Assembly: GCA_051294375.1 (NCBI GenBank) | Contig: CM119266.1 | Coordinates: 22,730,638 to 22,794,637 of the forward strand | Source: Paraspadella gotoi | Taxonomy: Eukaryota > Animalia > Chaetognatha | Reading direction: 5' to 3' | Length of the DNA stretch: 64,000 nt | Part shown: one piece after another, positions 11,510 to 26,115 of the stretch | Position numbering within the stretch: the stretch's first letter is position 1 | Layout: the number at the start of each line of letters is the position of its first letter | Translations under genes and position numbers: made by a program | Notes under the pieces: model-generated | Seen by the model: the letters and a program-made list of their open reading frames with translations, nothing else | The model's database searches: none | What the model was told of the DNA's origin: nothing

Positions 11510-14500
11510 TTTTTTTTTTTGTTTCTTCGAAATTTGAAAGAAGGAGAAGGATTAAGGAAGAGGAGGAGGAGGAAGAGGAAGAGGAGGAGAAAGAGGAGTT
11601 AAAAGGCGGATAAGGAGGGTAAGAAAAGAAGGAGAAGCTGAACTGAAGAGTTTTGGAAAAGGTAAAATCTGAAGAAAGGCCAGAAATTAAAAATGAGGCA
11701 AAAAGATGACTTGTTGACTTTTTTTAGGAAGGGCATGAGTAGAAAATAGATAGTCTGTAAGAATTAAATAGAAAATAATTGATTTTTGACTTTTTATAAT
11801 TAATGTTTTGTTGTTTTATTGTTACAGATCGTTGTAAAAGTCTGAATTTGGTCTCCTGGACCAGATTTTTGAAGCGACGGAAATTCGTTGGGAGAATTCG
11901 AGGGGTCGACGAGTGAAAAGATCGAAGGAGCAAATTCGTAGGAGCGAATTCGAAGGAGCGGGCGCCGACTCCCCTCGACTCCGACCTTCACGCTCCCGTG
12001 ATCCTTCACATTCTTCACCATCGCCATCTCCATCACCCGAAATTCAGCGCAATTTTTCTTATTTTTTTTTCCTTTTTGTTTCTTTTCATTTCAGTTCAGC
12101 CTTGTCTCTCTCGAGGCTTTCTTTCTTTTTTTCCCCTCTTGCAGAACTTTTCCTTCTTTCTTTCTTCATTCTTTCTTATTTTCTTTCTTTCGATCTTTCT
12201 TTCTTTCTTTGCTCTTTAACCTCTTTCCGCTACTTTTTAAATTTTCATAATCCCCGCCAGCTTAAGTCAATAATACTTGGTCGCTGCTCGTTTTATCTTT
12301 ATCTTGCCATATGTGGTGCCGGTTTATGACGTATATCAGAGGTTAGTAGTATGGTGGGTATAGACGACTGCTGGGTGGTTCTGGAGTACGTCGTGGGAGT
12401 CACGAGTACTCTGTAGTCCTTCTCATCTGTTAAGGACGCACTGAGTATCATGTGCTCAGTTCTGGTTGAATAATCTGACACGGGTAAGGTGAGAAAATAT
12501 GCCCGATCAACCCGCTGGTACAGCTAATGGTAAGGCACGCTTTCGCCTCTACGCCTCGATTAGTCGTGCACGACGCTTTACGTATAGTTAGACGGATGTA
12601 TGACGCTGCGTGCGAGCAATCCTCACGCATTAGCGCGCCTTATACCGAGCACCTGGCCGGACTCACCGCTGATCACGTATTTTCCGCATTTTCGGCGACC
12701 TGGAGCCGTCAAAATGCAATACCCTTTGATTTAGGTGGAAGTCTTGGTTGCTCGCGGCTTTTGTTGAATTTCCGCTTGAATTTGCCTCTCCTCCTCCTCC
12801 TCCTCCGTCCACTGCCTGCCTGATTCTCGGTCAGATGCGATTTTTCGCGTTCCCTCCGTCTCCCGGCGCTTAGTCCTTTTCATGCATATTATAACCAAAT
12901 AGTTCTCACATTTTTTGTGGTGGATTCGTCGATCGCGCAGCGCGGCATGTCAGTCGGGTATGGATCGGATGGGGGAGACGCTGGGTCTCTCTGCGTAGTC
13001 GCAGGCCGTTATGGTCCACGAGCATGGATATACTCTCTCACGCGATGGCTGAGTTCATGGAAGTGCTTTTCAGCAGACGGAGTGGCGTGCAGTCACTGTC
13101 CCAGGTGTAGCATCGATGTGTCCTGATATGTTCTCTACTAGCACGCTATCTGTACGAGTTCACTATCTCGCATGATATCGTAAGATCGTCGGGGATAGAT
13201 GGTAGTGCAGAGCGGTGTTAGCCGCCCTCAATATATCGGATTTATAGGTTAAGTAATGTGTACTGGTGGGTGGCAGGTGGTGGGGCGTTGGGTCGGCGTC
13301 TAGCGATTGTCTCAGTTGTGTTGATGTTCTTGATCGCACGTGGTTCAACGGAGAGTGTGCGTAGTTGATGTCTCCTAGAAACAGTTCCATTGGCGCGGCT
13401 GGCCCGTGCTGCTGCGGGTTTAGAGGTAATGATGGTGGTTGGCAGTAGTTGCACGTGATTAAGAGTGTAGGTTTATTGGCGGCGCGGGGTGAGCGCGAAG
13501 TGACGAGGTCGCCGCGGGTCGGTGGTCGTGGTTGGTGCAGTTACGACGTGTATAAGTCAGTAGAGATGATGCGCGCGCTGCAGTGTGTATGATGGGTCAG
13601 TGATGAGTGTTGGACGTGTTAGTTTGAGTCCTTCTTCGTCTATCTGCGTCTCCTTTTTTTATCTATAGATGTTTCCTCATGATTAGTCAGGCGCTTTTTA
13701 TCAACAAGGCCGGTCGGTAAAGCGGATGACGTGAATAGGTCCCTTCCGCTGTCGGTTGGCGGTTAGGGTAGTTACGTGCGAACAGGTACGGTTGCGGAGA
13801 ATGGCTCGCACTACTTATGTGTCGAGGATCGATTCCCGGCGCCGCACCCCTACCGGGATCGGTGTCTGTGGTGTGGTGGCTCTACCACGCCCTTACCTTT
13901 GTTGTCTATACGCTGTTAGCGATAGACTCGCTAGCATACAGTAGATGTTAGGACTTCGCGGATACGTTTCACGGCCCCACGCCTTTGAAACAGCTGCACC
14001 CATTCCTGTACTTAAAGCCTCACTCCTCTCCTTTCGCTTCTGCTCCTGTTTCTCTTTCTCTGTAGTCAGGCAAATACGGCATTCGAGTGCTTGCCTGTTC
14101 GTCGTCTGTTGTCGTCGGTCTTTATACGTTGTCGTCGTCGTCCGTCGTTGTCGTTCGTCGTCGTCGTTGTCGTCGTCCTCTTGGTCGTCGTTGTTCTTCT
14201 TTTGAGGGCTGTCGTCAGAATCTCGTAAGTTTTTTGTTTTGCGTTTGTGTTTTGTTTGTTTTTTTAATTTGGCTGGAGGAGGGAAATTATTTAATAAAAG
14301 AGAAATGCAAAGTTTAAATTATAGTAGTATAACACTAATTTTCGAAGTAGGAGTTTATAATATTATAAAGGCGTAGCGTATTGGCAAATGTTTGTGAGAA
14401 GCGAGACGTGCACATGACTCAGGGGAAAGATAGCAGTTTTTAAACGCCTTTCAAAAGAACAAGAAACAAGTCCGCTGAAGTAAAGTATTGCATATAAGGA

Positions 14501-17500
14501 GGAATTCATTTGTCGTTGTGATGCTTGGCTGATTTTAGAGTTTTTTAATAAAGAAGGCAGTTTTGAATATAGGTCGCCCAAAAAGTTAGGAACTTGTTTC
14601 GTATCGCGTTGTGGCATTTTATATCGATTGTACATCGCTTCTTCAATTTTCACTTCTCACTCACGCTATTTATCTCGCTGCTCGCCAAGTTAACCATGTT
14701 CCGCTCTTGCGATCGCGCAATCGACTTTAGCTAATCAGAAAATAGAAGTCCTATCTCTGCGCTCTTTAAGCCTCTTACATCCGGACCGCTTTGCAATCTC
14801 TCCCCCTTTAGTCAACTGCCGTTTTCTGTCTCCTCTGATAAATTTATTCGTAAGTTTTCGAGGCTCTTTTTACCCGCTTGCGTTTGATGCTTGTATCAAA
14901 GGCGTCTCGTTCTCTCTCTTCTGCGTCTGTTCCAAGCGTCTCGTGTCTCCTCTCCCTCCTCTCCTCCTCCATCCTCGTTCTCGGATGGTTCGGAGATGTT
15001 CTCTTTCTCTCTTTGCGCATTTCACCCGTCTCTTTCTCTCTGTCCTCCTCGGTCTCTGCTCTCGCGTTCGTTCCGTCTCTCTTTAGTCGAGGCTCGGTGG
15101 GTTGTGGAGTCGACTTCTTTTAGCGTGTCTTGATGTTGCCGGTTGCGCTGTTGTGTTTCTCTCATCTTCTCGCTCTGCTCTCTCAGTCTCTCTCTCCACT
15201 CTCTCTCTCTCTCGTCTCTCATCTCCGGCGACCGTCCCCCCCCCTGTTCTCCCTATACCCACCCGCCTCCTCACTTTTTATTATCCTCGAAACGCGCGCG
15301 TGTCAATTGCGAAACGACTTACCCTCGCCCTTTTCGGCGTCCTTCAAAAAAATCACGCGTTGCGCGCGTGCGCCATGTCTCTCTCTCTCGTCTCTCTTCG
15401 TCTTCTCGATCTTCTCTTCGTCCTCTGTCTATGATCTGCTCTCTCTCCGTCTCTCTTCTCCGTCTCTCTCTTCTTCCTCTCTTTTTCGAGTAGCGGTGAT
15501 GACTTTTTTTTCAATAAATTCGCGAGATGCTGATCGTCGATTTGAAAAAATCTTGTTTTTTTATTTCTTTTTTTTCTTCTCTTTTTTTCCGCTCTTTTTG
15601 ACAAATCGGGAGAAAATGGGGGACCAAAAAGGCTTGGATGGGTTGGGTTAGGTGGCCGATGGATTCTGGGGTAGGGGGCAGAGTCTGGGGCTGGGTGGGA
15701 TGGGAATAGCCTGCGCGAAAGAGCATGAGAGTTAGTATTGTTTCTCTATAGAAATAATTTTTAAAAATATTAATTTTTTGGTAATTGATTGGTATTAGAC
15801 TCGTTCAAATTCTCTAGTGTTCTATGTTACCGGTCACTGTTATTTATTTATTTTCAAAAATATGTATTATCCGCGTGACAACCAAAATTCGGTTGTAAGT
15901 CGCAAAAGTGAGTAAGGAGAGCACGTAAGAAAAATTCCTGCGCTAGAGATCTTAGGATTTATTTTTCTAGTTTAAATATTATATATTAATACTTTAGAAA
16001 TTATGGAAAATATTTCGGAGGGGAAGTAAAGACATTCCTACGACGCATAAACAGCATGTGAAAAGAGCCTCGAGGGATTTTGCCGTGTCCGGTCATAGCC
16101 GCTGCCGATGGGCTATGCAATGGCGCGTTTCAGCTGATATAAACATCTGCCGACGGGTCGATCTCGCCCGGACAGTATGGCCTGCCGGTGGCGCTCGAAA
16201 GGTTTTTGACCCGAATTCGGTCGACCCTTCCTAACCGGCTTTGCTGATCTTCTTCTCATCTGAGGGCAAAAGGAATAACTGCTAACTAATATTTGGAGGG
16301 GAGTAAGGTAAAAAGAAAGGGAATGAAGGAAAAAGGAATAGGGACTAGAAGGAAAATAAGTGAAAGGGAAGTAAATAGGAAATAATGGGAAAGGGCCAAA
16401 GGAAATGGAAGGAAGATATGAAACGATTAAATTATGCAGGGGCGGTGAATTCAATATTAACATATCAAAATATGAGAAATGGAGAAAAGTTGAGGCCGGA
16501 AAATTGCGGAAGCGAAAAAATTTGCAAGCCGAAGAAAAATATTTTAACTATTGCAAAAAAGAAAAATTTTTTAAGCGGGCAAATAAAGATAATAGATGCG
16601 AAAGCAAGATTTGATAACGGTAATTGTAAGGGTAAAAGCAACGAGAGGGCATGTATAAAAAAGAGGCATCAGCGGATTTTAAATGTAATAGTTATATTTT
16701 TTAAAAATATTTTTTTATAAAAAGCAGATGAAAAAGCATATTTTTTACGGGGAAACAGCAAAAAGCGAAAAAAAAGAAAGAAAAGGCGGAGGTGAAAGGG
16801 AGTAGATCGGGGCGCCTCGGTTGGCGTCGCCAAGCGTAAAGGAAAAATCTTCGACGATCGAGAAAAGAAGAGATCGTCATTCGAATTTAATCGCTCACGC
16901 TGTTTTTTTTCTGCGTCACCCGATTCTTTTTACAACCGCTATGACGACGAGATGAGACGAAGTTATGACTGACGAAGTATGGAACGACGAAGATGTGAAC
17001 CGACGGAAGATGAACTACGAGATGACTACGAAGATAAGACGAACGAAAGATGACGACAAGGCGACGACCGCAAATAGTCAAAACGTGACGACGAAGATGA
17101 TGAATCGAAGATGACGACGAAGATGATGATGATGAAGATGACGACGAAGATGACGACGAAAGATGACGAACAAGGCGACGACGATGATTGATTGGCATAT
17201 GAAAGATGACAGAAACGAAGATGATCATCGAAGACGACGACTGACACGAATAGTCGCGTCGCAAGAGCGAAGGACAACTGAGATAATGACTGAACTACGG
17301 ACAGAAACGAGGTGAAAAAAAAGATAAAACGCCGTCAGTTCGTTAGTTTCATTTGTTAATGTCGTGTTTGGTTGGTTTGAGTAGTTCATCTTACAGTTTT
17401 AGTTCACGTACTTTCAACGAGTTTTTCTACATTCACGCAATATCTGTATTTTGTTTGTAGATTAGACTAAAGATTTTGTCGCTTTTCAATGTCTGCCTGT

Positions 17501-20500
17501 TATCGTTGTCGTCAAAACTGCTTGGGTTCGTTGAACTTGCTGGTCCGGTGTTGTCGTCGTCCTTCGGCTTCGTGCTGTCGTCGTCGTCGTTTCTCCTTGT
17601 GCGTGTCCTCCTCCGTCCGGNNNNNNNNNNNNNNNNNNNNNNNNNCGTTGTCGTCGTCGTCGTCGTTGTCGTCGTCCTCGTCGTCGTTGTTCTTCTTTTG
17701 AGGGCGTCGTCAGAATCTCAGTTTTTTGTTTTGGTTTGTTTTTGTTTTTTTTTTAATTTGCTGAGAGGGAAATTATTAATAAAGAGAAATCAAAGTTAAT
17801 ATAGTATATAACACTAATTTTCGAAGTAGATTTATAATATATATACCAGCGTATTGCAATGTTTGTAGAAGCGAGACGGCACATCCAGAAAAGAAACAGT
17901 TTTTAAACGCTTTCAAAAAAACAAGAAACATGCTGAAGTAAATATTATTATTCTTCGTTTGATCTTGCTGATTTAGAGTTTTTAAAGAACATGAATAAGT
18001 CGCCAAAAGTTAGAACTTGTTTCGTATCCGTGTGGCATTTTATACGATTTACTCGCTTCTCACTTTTCACTTCTCACTCACCTATGTACTCGCCAATTAA
18101 CCATTTCCCTCTTCGATCCGCAACGACTTTAGCTAATCAGAAATAGAAGTCCTTCTCCCTCTTTCAGCCTCTTACATCCGGACCCTTTCAATCTCCCCCC
18201 CTTTAGCCCTCCGTTTTCTGTCTCCTCTGATAAATTTATTCGTAAGTTTTCGAGGCTCTTTTTACCCGCTTGCGTTTGATGCTTGTATCAAAGGCGTCTC
18301 GTTCTCTCTCTTCTGCGTCTGTTCCAAGCGTCTCGTGTCTCCTCTCCCTCCTCTCCTCCTCCATCCTCGTTCTCGGATGGTTCGGAGATGTTCTCTTTCT
18401 CTCTTTGCGCATTTCACCCGTCTCTTTCTCTCTGTCCTCCTCGGTCTCTGCTCTCGCGTTCGTTCCGTCTCTCTTTAGTCGAGGCTCGGTGGGTTGTGGA
18501 GTCGACTTCTTTTAGCGTGTCTTGATGTTGCCGGTTGCGCTGTTGTGTTTCTCTCATCTTCTCGCTCTGCTCTCTCAGTCTCTCTCTCCACTCTCTCTCT
18601 CTCTCGTCTCTCATCTCCGGCGACCGTCCCCCCCCCTGTTCTCCCTATACCCACCCGCCTCCTCACTTTTTATTATCCTCGAAACGCGCGCGTGTCAATT
18701 GCGAAACGACTTACCCTCGCCCTTTTCGGCGTCCTTCAAAAAAATCACGCGTTGCGCGCGTGCGCCATGTCTCTCTCTCTCGTCTCTCTTCGTCTTCTCG
18801 ATCTTCTCTTCGTCCTCTGTCTATGATCTGCTCTCTCTCCGTCTCTCTTCTCCGTCTCTCTCTTCTTCCTCTCTTTTTCGAGTAGCGGTGATGACTTTTT
18901 TTTCAATAAATTCGCGAGATGCTGATCGTCGATTTGAAAAAATCTTGTTTTTTTATTTCTTTTTTTTCTTCTCTTTTTTTCCGCTCTTTTTGACAAATCG
19001 GGAGAAAATGGGGGACCAAAAAGGCTTGGATGGGTTGGGTTAGGGGCCGATGCTGGGGTAGGGCAGAGTCTGGGGCTGGTGGGAGGGATACGCGAAAGAG
19101 CATAGAGTTAGTTTGTTTCTAGATAATTTTAAAAATATAATTTTTTGGTAATGATTGATAGACCTTAATTTTCTTAGTGTTTATGTTACGGTCACGTTCA
19201 TTTATTTATTTTAAAAAAATATATCCGGACACAAAATTGGTTGTATCCAAAAGTGAGTAAAGGAAGACGTAAGAAAATTCTGCCAGAGATCTTAGATTTA
19301 TTTTTCTATTTAATATTATAAATATTTAGAATTATGGAAAAATTTCGGAGGGGAAGTAAAAATTCTACGACCTAAAACAGCATGTGAAAAGAGCCTCAGG
19401 GATTTGCCGTGTCCGGTCAACGCTGCCTGCATCAATGGCGCGTTTCAGCCGACATCGCCGACGCGATCTCGCCGACGTTGGCCCGGTGGCCTCGAAAGGT
19501 TGACCCGAATCCGACCCTTCCTACCCTTTGCTGATCTCTTCTCTCTGAGGCAAAAGGAAAACTGCAACTAATATTTGGAGGAGAAGGAAAAAGGAAAGGG
19601 AAGAAGGAAAAAGGAAAGGGAAGAAGGAAAAAGGAAAGGGAAGAAGGAAAAAGGAAAGGGCAAAGGAAGGAAGGAAGATAGAAAGATTAAATATGAGGCG
19701 GTGACATATTAACATATCAAAATGAGAAATGAGAAAGTTGAGCCGGAAATTCGGAAGCGAAAAATTTGCAAAGCCCGAAGAAAAATATTTTAACTATTGC
19801 AGAAATTAGCATAAGATAATAGATGCGAAAGCAGATTTGAACGGTATTTAAAGGAAAAGCAACGAGAGCAGATAAAAAAAGGCAGCGGATTTAAATGTAA
19901 AGTTATATTTTTAAAAATATTTTTTTATAAAAAGCAGATGAAAAAAGCATATTTTTACGGGGAAAAGCAAAAGCGAAAAAAGAAAGAAAGAAAAGGCGGA
20001 GGTGAAAGGGAGAGAGGCGCCTCGGTTGGCGTCGCCAGCGAAGAATCTCGACGATCGAGAAAAGAAGAGAATCGCTCATGATTAATCGCTCCCCTTTTTT
20101 TTTCTGCTTCACCCGATTCTTTTTACAACCGATGACGACGAAGATGACGACGAAGATGACGACGAAGATGNNNNNNNNNNNNNNNNNNNNNNNNNTCGTC
20201 ATCTTCATCATCATCATCTTCGTCGTCATCTTCATATCATCATCATTCGTCGTCACTCTTTGACTTTTGGTTTCGTCGCCTTCGGTCGTAACGTTTCGTC
20301 GTCTTCTTCGTAGCCTCATCTTCGCTAGTCATTCGTCATCGTCGTCATCGTCGTCGTCTCTTCGTCGTCATCTCGTCGTCATCTTCGTCGTCGTCTTTCG
20401 TCTCACGACGCCCTCCGAAATTCGAGTGCCGAAATTCGTTCGCATCACGTGAAGTTTTTTTTTTTTTTTTTTTTTGTTCTTCGAAATTCTGAAAGGAAGA

Positions 20501-21729
20501 GCAAGGATTAAGGGAGGAGGAGGAGGAGGAAGAGGAAGATGTGGAGGAGAAAGCAGGAGTTAAAAGGCGGATAAGGAGGTTAGAAAAAAGAAGGAGAAAA
20601 AGCTAACTGAAGAGTTTTGGAAAAGGTGTAAAATCTAAGAAAGGCCAGAAATTAAACAATGAGCAAAAGAGAGATCTGTTCCGACTTTTTTAGGAAGGGC
20701 ATTGAGTAGAAAATTAGATATAGCTCTGTAAGTAACGATTAAATATAGATAAATAATCTCGATTTTTGACTTTTTATAATTAATACGTTTTGTGTGTTCT
20801 TTGTATTACAGATCGTTCGTAAAAGTCTGCAATTGGTCTCTGGCCCAATTTTTGAAGCGAGCGGATGGGTGAGATTCGTCTGGAGAATTCGATGCGGTCG
20901 ACGATGTTGAAAGAGATCGAAGGAGCAAATTGTAGGAGACGAATTCGAAGGAGGCGGGCCGCCGACTCCCTCGGACTCCGCGACCTTTTCACGGCTCCCG
21001 TGATCGGCTTCACTATTCTTTCACCATCGCCATCTCCATCACGCCGAAATTTTCAACGTGCGCAATTTTTCTTATTTTTTTTCGTTTCGCTTTTTATGTT
21101 TCCATTTTCAAATTTGCAAGTTCAGCCTTGTCTCTCTCGAGGCTTTCTTTCTTTTTTTTCCCCTGCTTTGGCATGACACTCTTTTCTCTTCTTATCTTTC
21201 TGTGCATTCTTTTCTGTATTTTTCTTTCTTTTCGGATGAACTTTTTTTCTTTCTTTGCTTTTAACCTGCCTTTCCGGCTTACTTTTTAAATTTTCAATCC
21301 CCCTCACCCTTAACACACAATATTGCTTCTGGGATATATTAGTAGTCTTTCATCATGCCGATGCCAGCGGTTCGTATACATACGTTAGATAATACTATTA
21401 TGCTCATCGTGGACCCTGACTCGGTATCCTTCTCATCATGTTCTCTTTACTACCCTCACTACTCCCTTCCCTCACCCCCCTCATCCCCATCTCACCCCTT
21501 TACCCCTCGACTCACCCTGCATCACGTATTCCATTTTCCGGAAGACCGACCGTCAAAATTCAATACGAACTCGCGGCTTTGTGAATTTCCTTTTGAATTT
21601 CCCTCTCTCCTCCTTCCTCCTTCCTCCCTCCTCCTCTCCTCCTCCTCTCCCCCTTTCCTTTTCAATTTTCATTTCTTTTGTCCTTCTCTCTCTCTCTCTC
21701 TCTTCTCCTCTCTTCTCTCTATCTCTCTC

Positions 21730-21781
<52 letters not shown>

Positions 21782-22835
21782 CTCTCTCTGCTCTCTCTTT
21801 TGATCTGATTTCCTTCATGATTCACGTTTTATCAACAAAGCCGGCGAAACAGGGATTGGACGTGATATCCTTCCCTCGGGCGGGATCGCGGTGGCCGCCC
21901 CGCCCCCTACCTTCTGGCCCACACCCTACCTTTCTCGTCAGTTACTTCACGAGTTTCACCCCCACCCTTTGAAACTCACCCATTCCTTCACTTAAGCCCT
22001 CACCCTCTCCTCTCTCCTTTTCCTCTTGCTCTCAGTCACAATACGATTCTGAGGTTCGTGCGCGTGCGTCGGTCGGTGTGTCGTCGTGTCGATGCGTGTG
22101 GTCGTGCGGTGCGTCGTCGTGTTCGTCGTCGTCGTTCCGTTGTCGTTCGTCTCGTCGTCGTTGTGTTTCTTCTTTTTGAGGTGGCCGTTCGTCAGAATCT
22201 CAGGTTTTTTGTTTGGTTTGTTTTTTGTTTTTTTTTTAATTGCTGGACAAGCGGAAATTATTAATAAAGAGAAGATCAAAAGTTAATATAGTAGTATAAC
22301 ACTAATTTTCGAAGTAGAATTTATAATCAATATAACCAGCGTTATTCAATGTTTGTAGAGCGAGACGGCACATCCAGAAAAGAAAACAGTTTTAAAACGC
22401 TTTTCAAAAAAACAAGAAACATGCTGAAGTTAGAATATTATTATTTCTCTCGTTTGATCTTGCGATTTAGAGTTTTTAAAGACATGAATAAGTCGCCAAA
22501 AGTTAGAACGTTCTATCCGTGTGGGATTTATACGATTTACTCGCTTTCACTTTTCACTTCTCACCCTCACCTAATTGTACTCGCAATAACCAGTTTCCCT
22601 TCTTCATTCCGCAACGACGTTTAGCTAATAGAAATAGAAAATAGTCCTTCTCCCTCTTTACAGCCTACTTACATGCCGGACCCTTTCAATCTCGCCGCCC
22701 CTAGCGAGCCCCTCCGTTTTCTGCCTCGATAAAAATTTATTCGAAAGGTTCGAGCCTCTTTACCCTTGAGCTTTCTCAAGCGTCGTCGTTCTCTCTCTCC
22801 TCTCCTCTTTCTCTCTGTCTCATTTCGTCTTCTCT

Positions 22836-22883
<48 letters not shown>

Positions 22884-25800
22884 CTCTCTTCTCTCTGCTC
22901 TCCCGACCTCCCCCCCTTTCCCCTACACCCACGCCGCTCCTTCACTTTTCTTATTCCTCGACGTCAAATGCAAAGACTTACCCTCCCGCTTTTCGGCCGC
23001 CGTCCTTCAATAAATCACGTGCGTGCGCCAGTTCCTCTCTTCTCTCTCTTCTTCTCTCTCTCTCTCTCTCTCTCTCTCCTCTCTCTGCTCTCTCTCTCTC
23101 CGAAGATGACGAACAAGGCGACGACGATGATGATGATGAAGATGACAACGAAGATGACATCGAAGACGACGACGACAACGAATATCGCGTCGAAGACGAC
23201 GACAACTGAGATAATGACGAACTACGACAGAAACGAAGGTGACAAAAAAGAAAACGCGTCAGTTCGTAGTTTCATTGTTAATTCGTGTTTGGTTGTTGAG
23301 TAGTTCGTCTTAACAGTTTAGTCACGACTTTCAGACGAGTTTTTCTACATTCACCAATATCTGCATTTGTTGTAGATTAGACTAAAGATTTTGACCTTTT
23401 CAATGTCGCCGTTGTCGTTGTCGTCACCGGGTTCGTTGACTTCGCCGTTGTCGTCGTCTTCGCCTTCGTCGTCGTCGTCGTCGTCTCCTTGTCGTCGTCG
23501 TCCTCCTCCTCTCGGATTTGATGAAAAAATTCCCGGTTCGTTGTTGTCGCTTCGGCGATTGGCGGCGGCCTTTGGCTGAAAGAAAAAAAGGACGAAAAAA
23601 GGACGAAAAAAGGACAAAAAAGGACAAAAANNNNNNNNNNNNNNNNNNNNNNNNNTACCGAAAAATATTTTTCGATCCCTGCCCTTCCCCTCGTCTTCCT
23701 GCCTCATTTCCTCCTTTTCTCACTTCACTTCCTCAACCTTTCCCTATCTCTTTATATTCTTTCCCGTTCCTCTCTCTCTCTTTTTTTCTCATCTCCTTGC
23801 TCTTTTTTATCTCGTCTTTTCGTTTTCTCAATCTCATCCCTTCTGATCTCTCCACGCCCGCCCCCCCTACTCCCCCTACCGTCTTTCCCTATTTCCTCAT
23901 CTCGTAAGCTCCGCCCCTTTCTTTCTTGCCTCTGACTCCCCAAATCTCCCAGATCCTATGTTCTATCAAGGACGCCGAATTTTTTCCCCTTTTTTTTGTC
24001 TTTTTTTTGTCCTTTTTGGTCGCCTTTTTCGTCTTTATTTCTTTTCAAGCCAAAGGCGCCGCCAATCGCCGACAGCGACATCACACGAACTCTGGATAAT
24101 TTTTCATCAAATCCGATGGGAGGAACGAGACGACAAGCGATGACGACGACGACATACGACGACGCAAGCGAGACACAACGGCGAGTCAACGTAAACCCGG
24201 TGACGAAACGATAACGGCGACGATTTGAAAGTCAAAATCTTTTAGTCTGAATTCGTACACAGAATGCAGATATTGTGTGATGGAAAACTCGTCTTGAAGG
24301 TCGTGACTAAACTGTTAAGATCGAACTACTCACAACAACACTGGGATATTAACAATGACACCACTACACGACTACTACCGCGTTTTTCTTTTTGTCACCT
24401 TCGTTTCTGTCGTAGATTCGTCCATTATCTTTCGAGACTTGATCGTACGATCTTCGACGCCGATTTCGTTGTCGTCGTCGCTCTTCCGCATCGCAGATCC
24501 TCGCTTTCATCCCTACTCCAAAATACTCACTCGTCCGTCGCTCGGCCCTTGGTTCGCTGCATCTTCGTCGTCATCTTCGTCGTCATCTTCATCCATCATC
24601 ATTTCGTCGCTCTCTTATATCATCACATTCGTCGTCACTTTTGACTCTTTGGTTCGTCGCCTTCGGTCGTCAACTTTCGTCGTCTTCTTCGTGCTCATCT
24701 TCGTAGTCATCTTAGCGTCATTCGTCGTCATCTTCGATCGTCATATGTCTCTCTTCGTCGTCATCTCGTCGTCATCTTCGTCGTCGTCTTTCGTCTCACG
24801 ACGCCCTCCGAAATTCGAGTGCCGAAATTCGTTCGCATCACGTGAAGTTTTTTTTTTTTTTTTTTTTTGTTCTTCGAAATTCTGAAAGGAAGAGCAAGGA
24901 TTAAGGGAGGAGGAGGAGGAGGAAGAGGAAGATGTGGAGGAGAAAGCAGGAGTTAAAAGGCGGATAAGGAGGTTAGAAAAAAGAAGGAGAAAAAGCTAAC
25001 TGAAGAGTTTTGGAAAAGGTGTAAAATCTAAGAAAGGCCAGAAATTAAACAATGAGCAAAAGATGATTGTTGACTTTTTTAGGAAGGGCATTGAGTAGAA
25101 AATAGATAAGCTCTGTTAAGATATTAAATAAGAAAATAATTGATTTTTGACTTTTTATAATTAATGTTTTGTGTTTCTATTGTTACAGATCGTTCGTAAA
25201 AGTCTGGAATTTGGTCTCCTGGCCAATTTTTGAAGCGACGAAATTCGTTGGAGAATTCGATGGCGCGTCGACGATGTTGAAAAGATCGAAGGAGCAAATT
25301 GTAGGAGCGAATTCGAAGGAGCGGGCCGCCGACTCCCTCGGACTCCCGACCTTTTCACGCTCCCGTGAATCCTTCACTATTCTTCACCATCGCCATCTCC
25401 ATCACCCGAAAATTCAACGCGCAATTTTTCTTATTTTTTTTCTTTCCTTTTTATGTTTCCTTTTCATTTCAGTTCAGCCTTGTCTCTCTCGAGGCTTTTC
25501 TTTCTTTTTTTTCCCCTCTGCAGAACTTTTTCTCTTCTTACTTTCTTCATTCTTTCTTATTTTCTTTCTTTTCGATCTTTTTCTTTCTTTGCTTTTAACC
25601 TCGCCTTTCCGCTTACTTTTTAAATTTTCAATCCCCCTCACCCTTAACACACAATATTGCTTCTGGGATATATTAGTAGTCTTTCATCATGCCGATGCCA
25701 GCGGTTCGTATACATACGTTAGATAATACTATTATGCTCATCGTGGACCCTGACTCGGTATCCTTCTCATCATGTTCTCTTTACTACCCTCACTACTCCC

Positions 25801-26063
25801 TTCCCTCACCCCCCTCATCCCCATCTCACCCCTTTACCCCTCGACTCACCCTGCATCACGTATTCCATTTTCCGGAAGACCGACCGTCAAAATTCAATAC
25901 GAACTCGCGGCTTTGTGAATTTCCTTTTGAATTTCCCTCTCTCCTCCTTCCTCCTTCCTCCCTCCTCCTCTCCTCCTCCTCTCCCCCTTTCCTTTTCAAT
26001 TTTCATTTCTTTTGTCCTTCTCTCTCTCTCTCTCTCTTCTCCTCTCTTCTCTCTATCTCTCTC

Positions 26064-26115
<52 letters not shown>

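Noticed and set aside
12246-14080. High-complexity, GC-balanced stretch with several ORFs, resembling a foreign or viral insert
   Set aside because: It is colinear with 21290-22120 (e.g. TCACGTATT..CCGTCAAAAT..CTCGCGGCTTT, TTTTATCAACAA) but inflated by insertions. About 12850-13620 replaces a ~120-bp CT tract, consistent with a low-quality raw long-read segment.
14819-19044. 830-bp identical direct repeats resembling an LTR pair
   Set aside because: Homology continues on both sides as noisy copies, there are no TG..CA ends, PBS, PPT or gag/pol, and a 25-N gap lies between them.
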